DNA of 35,837 bases, taken from Thermoanaerobaculia bacterium. Lineage in GTDB: Bacteria > Acidobacteriota > Thermoanaerobaculia > Gp7-AA8. Position numbers and translations under genes: made by a program. Where the stretch lies: the NCBI GenBank assembly GCA_038230775.1, contig JBBRMQ010000009.1, positions 1-35,837 of the forward strand. Direction: 5' to 3'. This document shows positions 19,018 through 27,469 of this stretch, in pieces (the stretch's first letter is position 1; every line of letters begins with the position of its first letter). Below the pieces are notes generated by a model, which worked only from the letters and a program-made list of their open reading frames with translations, did not search any database and was not told where the DNA came from.

Positions 19018-20118
19018 CTACAGTATTTTCATGACCTTGCTGGCCAGGCCCTCGTCGCCGAGGAGCACGGTCAGGTTCGCCTTGTTGGCGACCTTTTCCA
19101 GCACCTCGAGCTCCTTCAGCTTCATCAGCGTCGGGCTCGACTCGAGGATCTTCGCCGTGTTGGCCTGCATCCGCATCGCCGCCGTCTCTTCACGACGCGT
19201 GATGAGCGACGCTTCCGCGGCCTTTTTCGCCTCGGTGACCTTGTTCATCAGCTCCTTCATCTCACCCGGCAGGATGACGTCCCTGATGCCCGCGGTGACC
19301 ACCGCGATGCCCAGCTCCGCGGCACGCGGGCGGATCCGCTCGGCGAGCTCGCTCGCGAGCGCGTCCTTGCTGACCAGCAGCGTGTCCAGGTCCTTCGCGC
19401 CGACAATCTCCCGGAGCGCAAGCTGCGCGCTTCGATACAGCGCCTGCGACGCACCGTCGACTTCCATCACCGAACGCAGTGCATCGATGATGCGATAGGC
19501 AACGAGCGCGTTCAGACGCAACGTGACCTTGTCGGCGGTCATGATGTCCTGACCGCTGATGTCGAGCACCTGCTCCTTCAGCTCTACGTCGTACAGCTTC
19601 AGCTTTCCGACGCCCTTCCAGAACGCGTACGTTCCCGATCCGAGGGTGGCCTGGTACGCGCCGTCACGGAACCAGACGGCGGCGTGACCCGGCTCGACGA
19701 TCATCGTCTCCAGCATCGCGCACGCGTTCGGCGAACGAACGATCGCCGCCAGCTCGGCGTGAACGAGCTGCATCGGACGCGCGTCCACCACTTCGACGCG
19801 CACGGTCCTCGACGTCGTCCACAGGACAGCCAGTGCCGGCTCGAGAATCTTCGCGAACCGGCCGTCGATCCAAACGAGCGCCCGCTCGCGGTCGTTCATG
19901 TCGACGACAACCACTTCGTCGCCGAGCTTTCCCGACTTCACGATCAGGTCGAGGTCCTTGTGCACCAGCCACGGATCCCGCGTCGACACCACCTGCAGCC
20001 TGAGCATCAGGAGCGGGTCGAGGTACCAGTGCACGCCCGGCCGAAGAACGGCGACGAGCTGGCCTTCACGCCACAGCAGTCCCCGCTCGTTTGCCTTGAT
20101 CTTGATTCGATGAACCAT
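19018..20118 (-). CDS. SPFH/band-7 (stomatin/prohibitin-like) domain protein
   Basis: Characteristic SPFH core and C-terminal coiled-coil (…TEAKKAAEASLITRREETAAMRMQANTAKILESSPTLMKLKELEVLEK…). I chose the start at ATG 20116-20118, which is preceded by GGAGGTACCAA. The longer ORF has an Arg-rich N-terminus. Confidence 0.75.
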   Translation of the reverse strand: MVHRIKIKANERGLLWREGQLVAVLRPGVHWYLDPLLMLRLQVVSTRDPWLVHKDLDLIVKSGKLGDEVVVVDMNDRERALVWIDGRFAKILEPALAVLWTTSRTVRVEVVDARPMQLVHAELAAIVRSPNACAMLETMIVEPGHAAVWFRDGAYQATLGSGTYAFWKGVGKLKLYDVELKEQVLDISGQDIMTADKVTLRLNALVAYRIIDALRSVMEVDGASQALYRSAQLALREIVGAKDLDTLLVSKDALASELAERIRPRAAELGIAVVTAGIRDVILPGEMKELMNKVTEAKKAAEASLITRREETAAMRMQANTAKILESSPTLMKLKELEVLEKVANKANLTVLLGDEGLASKVMKIL

Positions 20119-20364
20119 TTGGTACCTCCTTTCTTCTTCGGCGTTGATCGCCGAATCCTCAAGACTCAAAAAAGACCGGCCTCGGATCGAATCCATCGGT
20201 TGCGCCGCGGTTTCTGAAGCGGAGCGTCGCATCGCGCGGCATTGCGATCGCACCGTTCTGCCGCCCTCCGCGCGCTGCAAGGCTTCGTCGCCCGTTCCTA
20301 CTGCGCGACCGTGTTCTTTCCTCGGCCGGTGACCACTTACGGCGGTCAGTCGTCAGTACTCCAA

Positions 20365-20437
20365 GAGATGCGGCGGGAGTCGAACCCGCGACACCAGGAT
20401 CCTTAGTCCTGTGCTCTACCCACTGAGCTACACGTGC
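20365..20437 (-). tRNA. tRNA-like gene with canonical D-arm (TAGCTCAGTGGGTAGAGC) and T-arm (GCGGGTTCGACTCCCGC). The anticodon loop reads CU-AAG-GA and the acceptor stem is poorly paired. Possible pseudo-tRNA or chimeric tRNA.
   Basis: I folded it by hand from the reverse complement. 5' GCACGTG versus 3' CGCATCT gives only 3 Watson-Crick and 2 G-U pairs out of 7. An AAG (Leu-type, A34) anticodon is unusual in bacteria. Confidence 0.45.
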
Positions 20438-20540
20438 CTTGACAGGCGGCCGATAAGACACCTTCCTTCGTTCGATTCCGTTCGCGGAACGCGCGTGGCA
20501 CACGTGCAGCGCGCCGCCGGACCCGGACGGCTTTTATCGC

Positions 20541-20580
20541 AAAAACAAAAAGCCCCTTCGACGCCATGGCCGAAGGGGCT
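20541..20580 (-). terminator. rho-independent terminator on the minus strand (AGCCCCTTCG-acgccatggc-CGAAGGGGCT followed by a T-run on the minus strand), insulating the tRNA from upstream transcription
   Basis: 10-bp perfect stem. The plus-strand A-tract CAAAAACAAAAA at 20541-20550 corresponds to a U-tract after the hairpin on the minus strand. Confidence 0.5.
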
Positions 20581-20846
20581 CCATACAGAGCTGATTCTTA
20601 TGAGTCTAGCTCTCTATGAAAAACCTCCGGCGCACGCAATGCGCGCCTCTTGGCGATGAAACGATGTGCAGTTCAATTTCATAATGGGTGGCGCACCATA
20701 GCAAGCCTGTTAGACGGTGTCAAGATGAATTTGTTTACTGGATCCATTTTCTCGCGATCGCGTAAGGTCGGCCCATGCGGGCTGATGATCGCCGGCGATA
20801 CAGACCAGCGGAAGCCATCCACATAGAAGACGGCGAAGCGAAAGAA

Positions 20847-20866
20847 GGGCGGCCCTGCGGCCGCCC
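20847..20866 (-). terminator. GC hairpin GGGCGGCC-ctgc-GGCCGCCC after the small minus-strand ORF
   Basis: Perfect 8-bp stem 10 nt after the stop of the 20876-21073 ORF. The same GGGCGGCC/GGCCGCCC core occurs in the nrdJ terminator. Confidence 0.4.
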
Positions 20867-20875
20867 CGTTTGGAT

Positions 20876-21073
20876 TTACTTGCCCGCTTTGCCTGCGTCG
20901 ACGATCTGGAAGTGCTGCGTATTCACCTTCTCGTCGCCCACGAACACCTGGGCGCTGTAGTCTCCCTTCGGCCAGCCCTTCGAGGATTTCTCGAACGCCA
21001 TGAAGGTCTGTCCGGCGGCGGTGTTCTTCGTCTCGTCACCGTGTCCGCTGGGTAGGCGGTCGACGCCTATCAA
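20876..21073 (-). CDS. small hypothetical protein (65 aa)
   Basis: Protein-like composition (MIGVDRLPSGHGDETKNTAAGQTFMAFEKSSKGWPKGDYSAQVFVGDEKVNTQHFQIVDAGKAGK) with a terminator-like hairpin downstream. No recognisable domain. Confidence 0.3.
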   Translation of the reverse strand: MIGVDRLPSGHGDETKNTAAGQTFMAFEKSSKGWPKGDYSAQVFVGDEKVNTQHFQIVDAGKAGK

Positions 21074-21143
21074 ACGCTCGCGCGGAGTTGGAATCGCGAA
21101 GATCCAACGAGTTCGGGGACCTGCACATGATCGTGTGATTGGC

Positions 21144-21198
21144 GTGTGTGGGGCCAGCCCTCCGGCTGGCCTGGCCAGTCAGAGGACTGGCCCCACAC
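21144..21198. repeat. REP-like element, family B: GTGTGTGGGGCCAGCCCTCCGGCTGGCC-T-GGCCAGTCAGAGGACTGGCCCCACAC (two tandem 8-bp-stem hairpins inside an outer GTGTGGGG/CCCCACAC stem)
   Basis: A near-identical copy lies at 34833-34885. This copy is in the 5' region of the 21214 gene. Confidence 0.65.
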
Positions 21199-21213
21199 TC
21201 GCTTCGCCGTATG

Positions 21214-21678
21214 CTCGGTCCCGTGGACGTGGATCACCCGGTCGTCATCGCGGCGTTTCGCTCGGCGGAGGAAGCCGCGTATGCGCGCACGCTGCTCGAG
21301 CGGGAGAAGATTTCGGCTGCCGCGATCCAGCGGCAAAACTCGATCGAGCGATTGTGTCCCGATGCTTTCGAAGGCGGCTTCGACGTCGTTGTCGGCCGGC
21401 CAGACGCTCCGGCCGCCATCGCGCTGCTTCAGCGCGTCTTTCCGGAGGAGAAAGTGCTCGATGCGATCGTCATCGATCGCTGCCCCGCATGCGGATCGTC
21501 GGATGTGATGCGCATCCCGCGCATTCGCATTCTCGTGATCGCCGCGGTGACGCTGATCGCCGCCAACCTCGCATTTGGCCAGCGCGATCTCTTTCTACTC
21601 GTCATCGCGATCATCGCCGGAGCGCTCGCGCTCACGCCGGCCCTTCGCTGCCGCACATGCGGCGAACGCTGGTCGTGA
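21214..21678 (+). CDS. small protein with N-terminal DUF2007-like (putative signal-transduction) domain, CPAC...CRTC zinc ribbon and one TM helix
   Basis: MLGPVDVDHPVVIAAFRSAEEAAYARTLLEREKI..., then DRCPACGSSDVMRIPRIRILVIAAVTLIAANLAFG...RCRTCGERWS. I chose the start downstream of the REP-encoded extension of the longer ORF. Its 3' end has a decayed paralogous copy at 16830-17035. Confidence 0.5.
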   Translation, partial: LGPVDVDHPVVIAAFRSAEEAAYARTLLEREKISAAAIQRQNSIERLCPDAFEGGFDVVVGRPDAPAAIALLQRVFPEEKVLDAIVIDRCPACGSSDVMRIPRIRILVIAAVTLIAANLAFGQRDLFLLVIAIIAGALALTPALRCRTCGERWS

Positions 21679-23892
21679 CTACGAATCGGGCAGCCTCTCC
21701 ACCAGCAGGAACATCGTGTAGTCGCCGTCTCCGTAGTTGTGGCCATCTCTGTATCGCACATCCACCGCGCCTCGCCGCATGGTGCTGCTGTTCGTCGTTG
21801 ATTCCGATGCCGTCTGCGCTGAGGTGAACGTCAGCAGCATGACGGCGGGCCTGAACGTCGCCGGGAACGGATCCGCGGCCAGCGGATTCCAGGTGTCTCC
21901 CTCGGTACCGACGGGCCGGTCGTAGTCGTTGCGTTCAGGCATCCAGGTGAGAACCGTCTCCGATTGATCGATCAGGGTTCGCGGCGTCGTTCCGCGGACG
22001 TATCGCGCACTGTTCGCGGCGAAGTGCCGGATCCATGTGTCGACCTGACGGTTCCACGCGTTGAGCATCAACGTGATGTTGTCGTTTTCCCAGATCGTGG
22101 GGAGAAGGACGACCGCGTTCGGGGATCGGCCGCCTTGGCGCAGCTCTCCCTCCCACAGAACCATCGGAATGAAGCGGCCGCGATCCATCGGACGCGCGCC
22201 CATCGGATCGCCAGGATGGTCGAACGGTGCCGGATAGTGATCGCCTGTCACCAGTCCGCCGGTCTCGCGGCTCGCACTCCCTGCCTTGATCGTCCAGAAC
22301 GGCGGGAGATGATCGAGGCCTGTGATCAACGTAATCGGTCCGGGTCTTCCGGAGGTGTCGCCGTAGTTCACACTCTGGCGCCGGCGGAGCGCTCCGAGGA
22401 TTCGATTGGTGGGCGCGAGCTCGGCCCAGTTCACCATTGCGTAAACCTCGTCGCCGCGTCCGTCGCGCTCGAGCACCATATCGAACGTCTGGTGATTGAC
22501 GAGGAAGCCCGTCAGCGTCACGCGAAAACGGCCGCGCGTTTCTTCCTCCGTCGGATTGGCAGGCATCGGCTCGATGCCAGGCACTGCCGGCGGCGTCATG
22601 TGCGCGACCTGATCCGACGGAGGCGGGTTGCCCGTCGCGACCTTCGAGCATTCCGCTGGCGGCATTCCGCCGGGCGCGATCGAGGCCGTGATGTTGAAGC
22701 CGCCGGGCATGACGCCGGTGAGCCCGCGCGACGCGGTCCATGAGCCGTTGCTCAGCGTTCTTGGATCGACATCGATCGTCTGCTTGTCTCCGCTGTCGAT
22801 GCGCACCACGGACGGGCTCAGGTTGACGACCGACAGCGGCACGTTCTGCTTCATCCCGTCCGCACCATCGACTTTGATGGTCATCGTGGTCTTCTCGCCG
22901 CTCTTGAGATTGAGCTTTGGTGCCGACAGACTCACGCTGAGGTTGCGGTACTCGCATTGCGTCGTGTATCCCTGCTTCGCGACTTCGAGTGTGGCGACGC
23001 CGACCGAACCGGTCGGAGAGCGCGCGATGAGCTTGCGCGGAGACTCCGCGAGAACGTCGACAGCTTTGCCGGCGAGCTTGACGCTGCTCGTCGCGAAATC
23101 ACCATCGAACGGTCCGCTGATGGTGACCGGGCGCCCGGTCTGACCGCCCGAGGGCAGTTGAAATGCGGACGGTTTCGATGTCGCGACCTTTGCCACCGGA
23201 ACGTCGACCTTTCCGATCGTGCGTCCCTGCCGGTCTTTGAGAATCATCGGGATCGCGGTCACCGCTGAATCGGGCACGCTCCAGTTTCCCCGTCCGCCGG
23301 GATCGGACGCCGCGGTCTTCTGATCTTCCATCTCGACGACTACGCCGGAGAGCGAGCCCTGATTCCGCTTCACGTCTTCCGGCGTCGCGCCTTTGGCCTC
23401 CGCGATCACCGTTCCGGAGATCGTGTCGCCGGCAGCCATGTCATCAGGGAGGTTCACGGTGACTGTTCCCTGCAGCGTGTCGAACGTGACGACGTGAAGT
23501 CCCGCGGCGGTCTGCACGCCCTGGTTTGTCACGGCCAGCGGTGGTGCAAGCGCGTCGCGAACTTCGCGGATCGCGGAGAGCGCGTCCTTCGACTCGTCGC
23601 GCATCAGCGGCTCGGTCTTCTCGAGCGTGACACGCGCGTTCTGCAATTCGCTGTCTGCGCCGGTGCGATCGCCCTTCTCGCTCAATTCGGCGGCACGATC
23701 GAGTGCGCGGCGCGCGGAGCGGACGCTCGTTCGCGCATCCTCGCTCTTGATGATCTTCTCCGCATCGCGAAGCTGATCGGCAAGGCCCGTTGTGTCGGGC
23801 CCCTGCGCGGCTCCGAGCGGCCAGAGCGCAAGAAACGTCAGAATGAGGAAGGAGAGGACACGTCGGACAGAGTCGACGGAGCGAACGCGCAT
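21679..23892 (-). CDS. large secreted hypothetical protein (737 aa) with N-terminal signal peptide/coiled-coil and Ig-like beta-rich middle region
   Basis: Signal peptide (VLSFLILTFLALWPLGAAQG) and consistent high-GC3 codon usage over 2.2 kb. No catalytic motif recognised. Confidence 0.55.
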   Translation of the reverse strand: MRVRSVDSVRRVLSFLILTFLALWPLGAAQGPDTTGLADQLRDAEKIIKSEDARTSVRSARRALDRAAELSEKGDRTGADSELQNARVTLEKTEPLMRDESKDALSAIREVRDALAPPLAVTNQGVQTAAGLHVVTFDTLQGTVTVNLPDDMAAGDTISGTVIAEAKGATPEDVKRNQGSLSGVVVEMEDQKTAASDPGGRGNWSVPDSAVTAIPMILKDRQGRTIGKVDVPVAKVATSKPSAFQLPSGGQTGRPVTISGPFDGDFATSSVKLAGKAVDVLAESPRKLIARSPTGSVGVATLEVAKQGYTTQCEYRNLSVSLSAPKLNLKSGEKTTMTIKVDGADGMKQNVPLSVVNLSPSVVRIDSGDKQTIDVDPRTLSNGSWTASRGLTGVMPGGFNITASIAPGGMPPAECSKVATGNPPPSDQVAHMTPPAVPGIEPMPANPTEEETRGRFRVTLTGFLVNHQTFDMVLERDGRGDEVYAMVNWAELAPTNRILGALRRRQSVNYGDTSGRPGPITLITGLDHLPPFWTIKAGSASRETGGLVTGDHYPAPFDHPGDPMGARPMDRGRFIPMVLWEGELRQGGRSPNAVVLLPTIWENDNITLMLNAWNRQVDTWIRHFAANSARYVRGTTPRTLIDQSETVLTWMPERNDYDRPVGTEGDTWNPLAADPFPATFRPAVMLLTFTSAQTASESTTNSSTMRRGAVDVRYRDGHNYGDGDYTMFLLVERLPDS

Positions 23893-24050
23893 GGGAACCT
23901 CCTATGGTTCGGGGCCTCGGAGTATGACAGGCTGGCCGGCGTATCCCGAAGTGAACATTGCGTAGGTACGTTTCCGGCATCGCGTTTCGAGTCATAACAT
24001 GCATGCCGCAGCCATCGATCGCTTCGGCGAAGCTGATCTCCTGAAGAGTC

Positions 24051-24320
24051 CTACGCTGACGCAGCCGGCCGTGCGCGCCGGTCGAGGATGGCGCCGAGGA
24101 TGATGAGGTAGCCGACGAGGCGTAATGTGAAGGAGAAGTTGGTCCACGCGGCGTCCGTGTACGTGAACGCAAAGATCGTTCGATGCACGGACAGCACGGC
24201 GAATCCCGTGGCAAAGAAGGCGAAGAAACGGTCGCGCGTCTCGCTCCAGAACGAAACGAAGAACATGGCCACCACGAGAAGGCCCATCGAGATGGCGCCC
24301 TGCATCCAGGCGAAGATCAT
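24051..24320 (-). CDS. small integral membrane protein (89 aa)
   Basis: Three hydrophobic helices. 4-bp ATGA overlap with the upstream ORF. Confidence 0.45.
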   Translation of the reverse strand: MIFAWMQGAISMGLLVVAMFFVSFWSETRDRFFAFFATGFAVLSVHRTIFAFTYTDAAWTNFSFTLRLVGYLIILGAILDRRARPAASA

Positions 24321-24571
24321 CGGTCGCGCTCTCCCGCCAGTCCCCAGATGAACACGACGAGGCCGAGCAATGTCGGGACGCCGCGCCAGTTCGACAGGTC
24401 CGCCGCGAGACTGTTATCGATCACGTTGAGCAGATTGTTGAGAGCCATTCCGGTGAAGCCGATCGTGCTGTAGAGCAGAAGAAGCAGTTTCGTGCGACGG
24501 TAACCGCGGTACAGCAGCACAGCGCACAGCGCGCTGACGACGAAGCACAGAACATAAAGGATGCTCGTCAT
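24317..24571 (-). CDS. small integral membrane protein (84 aa)
   Basis: Two or three TM helices. 4-bp overlap on both sides, so it forms an operon with the 24568-24978 and 24051-24320 ORFs. Confidence 0.45.
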   Translation of the reverse strand: MTSILYVLCFVVSALCAVLLYRGYRRTKLLLLLYSTIGFTGMALNNLLNVIDNSLAADLSNWRGVPTLLGLVVFIWGLAGERDR

Positions 24572-24978
24572 GAGCGTCCCCGCCCGGCGGCGAACGCATC
24601 GGCAAATGCCGCGGCGCCGGTGCGCGGTCGCTGATACATCAATCGCTCGGCCGCAGCGAGCTCGCCGTCACCGAGCGCGGCGATCTGCGCCACGTTGCGC
24701 TCCTGCTTCGGATCCGTCGTCGCGTACCGATACAAGCCATCGTGGACGTCGCGTTGGACGAGGCCGCGTTCACACAAGTCGTTCAAACGAAGCTCGATGC
24801 GCTTGACGACCACCGGAAGCGCCGTCGAATCGTTCTCGATCGCGAGCTTCGCGCGGAGGTCCGCGGCGCTCCAGCCGTTCGTTTGATTCCGATAGAGGAA
24901 CAGAATGATCTTCAGCGCTTCCTCGGAAGCAATGTCGCGGTAGAGAAAACGGTGCAGCTCTCCGTCACGTTCGATCAT
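24568..24978 (-). CDS. putative winged-helix transcriptional regulator (136 aa)
   Basis: Size and helix-rich sequence with a possible wHTH (EALKIILFLYRNQTNGWSAADLRAKL...VKRIELRLNDLCERGLV). It is the first gene of a three-gene operon with two small membrane proteins. Confidence 0.4.
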   Translation of the reverse strand: MIERDGELHRFLYRDIASEEALKIILFLYRNQTNGWSAADLRAKLAIENDSTALPVVVKRIELRLNDLCERGLVQRDVHDGLYRYATTDPKQERNVAQIAALGDGELAAAERLMYQRPRTGAAAFADAFAAGRGRS

Positions 24979-25104
24979 TCTCGCGGGCGATCATACGGGA
25001 CGGCTTCCCGGTTCGGAGTCTTCCATTGGCGCCCATTGATCAATCGCGAGTGGCGAGTCGCAGTTCGGCAAGAGCGGGCACCGACCCGGAAGTGCGACAA
25101 TGGG

Positions 25105-25323
25105 ATGATGCGCGCACTCCTCATCGCCGGGGCAGTTCTCCTGATCCTCGGCATCACACTGTTGTTCGTTCCGATTCGCCATCGAGTGCGCCACGGCGTC
25201 GACGCCGGTCCGGTGTCGTTCCACGTGGACACGGTCGAGCGCGACAGAGTGCATCCCGGCGTGTCTGCAGCACTGATTGTCGGCGGGGTGGCGCTGATGA
25301 TCGCCGGCTCGCGAAAGCGTTAG
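25105..25323 (+). CDS. small membrane protein (72 aa, two TM helices)
   Basis: MMRALLIAGAVLLILGITLLFVPI ... AALIVGGVALMIAGSRKR. The upstream part of the longer ORF is antisense to the regulator gene, so I placed the start at ATG 25105. Confidence 0.35.
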   Translation: MMRALLIAGAVLLILGITLLFVPIRHRVRHGVDAGPVSFHVDTVERDRVHPGVSAALIVGGVALMIAGSRKR

Positions 25324-25331
25324 CCGACCAA

Positions 25332-26144
25332 TCAGACCTTGACCGTCCGGTAGCGTCCCTTGACGATCGCGTAGACGCCGTACGCGGCTAGACCGACGGC
25401 GATGATGAAGAGCAACACGGCGCCGTGCGGCGCGCTGCCGACGCTCTGCAGTGCGCCGCGCGTCGCGCGCGTGCGCTCGGGATTGTGGTGAATGGCGGCC
25501 TCGATGAGCGAAGAGCCGACGATGCCGACCACGATCCCGCGCGCCGCGATGCCGAAACGGCACACCGCGACAAGCAGCGCGCGACCGGGGACCGTCGCCG
25601 GAACATGCAATCGCTGGCCGAGCTTTGCCTGCCACGCGCGCCAGAGCGACGCCAGTCCATAACCGATCAATACCATCCCGGAGACCGCGACCAGCCATCG
25701 GCCGAACGGAACGTCCATCAGTTTTCCGGTCCAGTGTTGTGCGTTGCGATCGCTGCCGGAGCCTCCGCCGCGGTTGGTGAGCGCGAAGCGAAAGAGGCTG
25801 AACGCCAGCGTCGCGTGGAAGATGCCTGATGCGATGTTGCGTGCGCGGAGCGCGAGACCTTTCAAGTCATTGCCGCGCTGGTCGGAGTCGGTGAAGCCGC
25901 TGATGATGCCCCAGGCCGCGTAGCCGGTTAGACCGACGCCGATCACGATCAGGGCAAACACACCCAGGGGAGCGCGACTGACAGCCGCAATGGCCTCATG
26001 CCAGCTCGACGTGTGTCCGCCGGCGCCCGCTGCTGCCGCTGCGGTCATCAATCCACCGATGATGTAGACGCAGCCAACCGCGAAGTAACCGAGGCGCGCG
26101 GTGCGCTCGATCCATTCGGCGGGTTGTCTGCGCGGTGCGTTCAT
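25332..26144 (-). CDS. DUF1206-like integral membrane protein (270 aa)
   Basis: Six TM segments with repeated Gly/aromatic-rich helices (YFAVGCVYIIGGLMTAAA..., GKLMDVPFGRWLVAVSGMVLIGYGLASLW...). Typical DUF1206 arrangement. Confidence 0.55.
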   Translation of the reverse strand: MNAPRRQPAEWIERTARLGYFAVGCVYIIGGLMTAAAAAGAGGHTSSWHEAIAAVSRAPLGVFALIVIGVGLTGYAAWGIISGFTDSDQRGNDLKGLALRARNIASGIFHATLAFSLFRFALTNRGGGSGSDRNAQHWTGKLMDVPFGRWLVAVSGMVLIGYGLASLWRAWQAKLGQRLHVPATVPGRALLVAVCRFGIAARGIVVGIVGSSLIEAAIHHNPERTRATRGALQSVGSAPHGAVLLFIIAVGLAAYGVYAIVKGRYRTVKV

Positions 26145-26209
26145 CGGCGGCGCAGTATATCGGTGCGCCAGAAGAGTTAGAGTTCTCCTGTCAGCGCAAG
26201 GAGGACTTC

Positions 26210-26590
26210 GTGGACGACGCCAGAACTATCGGAAAGAAACTCGTCGAATATTGCCGCAGCGGCCTGAACCTCGACGCCATCAGCTCGCTCTACAGCCCGG
26301 AAATCGTGAGCGTGGAAGCGATGGGAAACCCCGGCATGCCCGCCGAGCAACATGGAATCGACAAGGTCGTGGCGAAGAACAAGTGGTGGTACGACGCCCA
26401 CGAGATCCACCACGCCTCGGCCGAGGGTCCCTTTCCGCACGGCGACCGCTTTGCGGTGATCTTCCACTACGAGATCACGCCGAAAGAAGGCCCGCAGAAG
26501 GGAAAGCGGAACAAGTTCAGCGAGGTCGCGCTCTACACCGTCAAGAGCGGCAAGATCGTTCGCGAAGAATTTTTCTACGACGTCGGCTAG
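26210..26590 (+). CDS. NTF2-like/SnoaL-like fold protein (126 aa)
   Basis: GTG start 4 nt after the strong RBS AAGGAGGA. Fold-typical sequence ...LVEYCRSGLNLDAISSLYSPEIVSVEAMG...KIVREEFFYD. Confidence 0.5.
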   Translation: MDDARTIGKKLVEYCRSGLNLDAISSLYSPEIVSVEAMGNPGMPAEQHGIDKVVAKNKWWYDAHEIHHASAEGPFPHGDRFAVIFHYEITPKEGPQKGKRNKFSEVALYTVKSGKIVREEFFYDVG

Positions 26591-26614
26591 GGAACTTTGC
26601 TCAAGTGCGCGAAA

Positions 26615-26728
26615 CCCCTCACCCGGCCTCCGGCCACCCTCTCCCCGCAAGCGGGGCGAGGGGCCACCACCCAATGTTGCCCTTCTCCCCGCGTGCGGGG
26701 AGAAGGTGCCCGAAGGGCGGATGAGGGG
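26615..26728. repeat. ~115-bp GC-rich repeat, family C, copy 1 (contains hairpins CCCTCTCCCCGC-aag-CGGGGCGAGGGG and CCTTCTCCCCGC-gtg-CGGGGAGAAGG)
   Basis: An inverted, ~85-90% identical copy lies at 28019-28144. Together they flank a 1.29-kb segment. Confidence 0.65.
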
Positions 26729-26961
26729 CGCCTGCACTCGTGCCGCGCTTCCCTGGAACCGGCGGCTGATGCCTGCGGAGACGAACACGTTCGGGACGTC
26801 CGCTCCATGCGATTCAGCGACCAGCGATCGTTCAGGTTGAAGTCCGCGGCAAGACGATGCCCGACGATCCGCGTTGATGAGGTCGTCGGCCTGCCCAAAT
26901 GCATTTGCAGCCAGCGCAAACGACAGAAGAATCCAGATTTTTCTTCACGATCGCCGGGCGT

Positions 26962-27435
26962 CTACGCCGAATTGCCGCGCATCACGCTCTTGCAGTCGAT
27001 CGTTCCCTCGAGTTTGATGCCGCCCGCGGTCGACCCGCTGAACGTGATCTTGGCGGTGTTGCCGCTGTCGGTGATCCCCACCACTCCGGTGCCGCTCCTC
27101 TTCTTCTCGCGTCGGGTCTCGATCGAGTATTCGGCGCTGCGCTTGAGGAGCGGTCCGAAGCCGACCGAGATGAAGAATTCGCTCGTCATGTTGTTCGGTC
27201 GCGGGGCGATCAACTGCAGGCTGTTGAAATGTTTGGGATCCGGATCCTTCGGGTTGGAGAGCTGGTTGCCCCAGGCGCCGGGCGCGGCCAGGCCGACGCT
27301 GCAGCCACCTTTGTCCGTTGTCGCTTCGTACGTTCCGGCGTGCGGTCCGCCGGTCACTTTGAGGTGAACGACTTCCTTCACTTGAGCGGTGGCCGTCACG
27401 GCGCAGAAGAGGGTCAGCACGAATCGACTTTTCAT
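26962..27435 (-). CDS. small secreted hypothetical protein (signal peptide MKSRFVLTLFCAVTATAQV)
   Basis: I chose the start at the Met before the signal peptide. Ser/Thr/Gly-rich mature part with no known domain. Confidence 0.45.
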   Translation of the reverse strand: MKSRFVLTLFCAVTATAQVKEVVHLKVTGGPHAGTYEATTDKGGCSVGLAAPGAWGNQLSNPKDPDPKHFNSLQLIAPRPNNMTSEFFISVGFGPLLKRSAEYSIETRREKKRSGTGVVGITDSGNTAKITFSGSTAGGIKLEGTIDCKSVMRGNSA

Positions 27436-27469
27436 GCGAGCATTATGGGCCTCGCGCAAGGAGGAATGG

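Noticed and set aside
18889-20217. 442-aa plus-strand ORF
   Set aside because: Antisense to the SPFH gene and the intergenic hairpin. Extreme Arg/His/Leu bias and no motifs.
21935-22957. 340-aa minus-strand ORF and 259-aa plus-strand ORF inside the large secreted-protein gene
   Set aside because: Alternative frames of the 21679-23892 gene with Arg-rich composition. The 737-aa frame has a signal peptide and protein-like composition.
23444-24214. 256-aa minus-strand ORF spanning the end of the secreted-protein gene and the intergenic region
   Set aside because: Arg/Ser/Pro-rich, crosses a gene boundary, and has no RBS or domain.
24991-25698. 235-aa minus-strand ORF
   Set aside because: Arg-rich artefact overlapping the DUF1206 gene and the small plus-strand membrane ORF.
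26101-26788. 207-aa plus ORF and 203-aa minus ORF across the SnoaL-like gene and repeat C1
   Set aside because: They read through the GC-rich repeat and are Arg/Gly-rich. The GTG-initiated SnoaL-like frame with a strong RBS is preferred.
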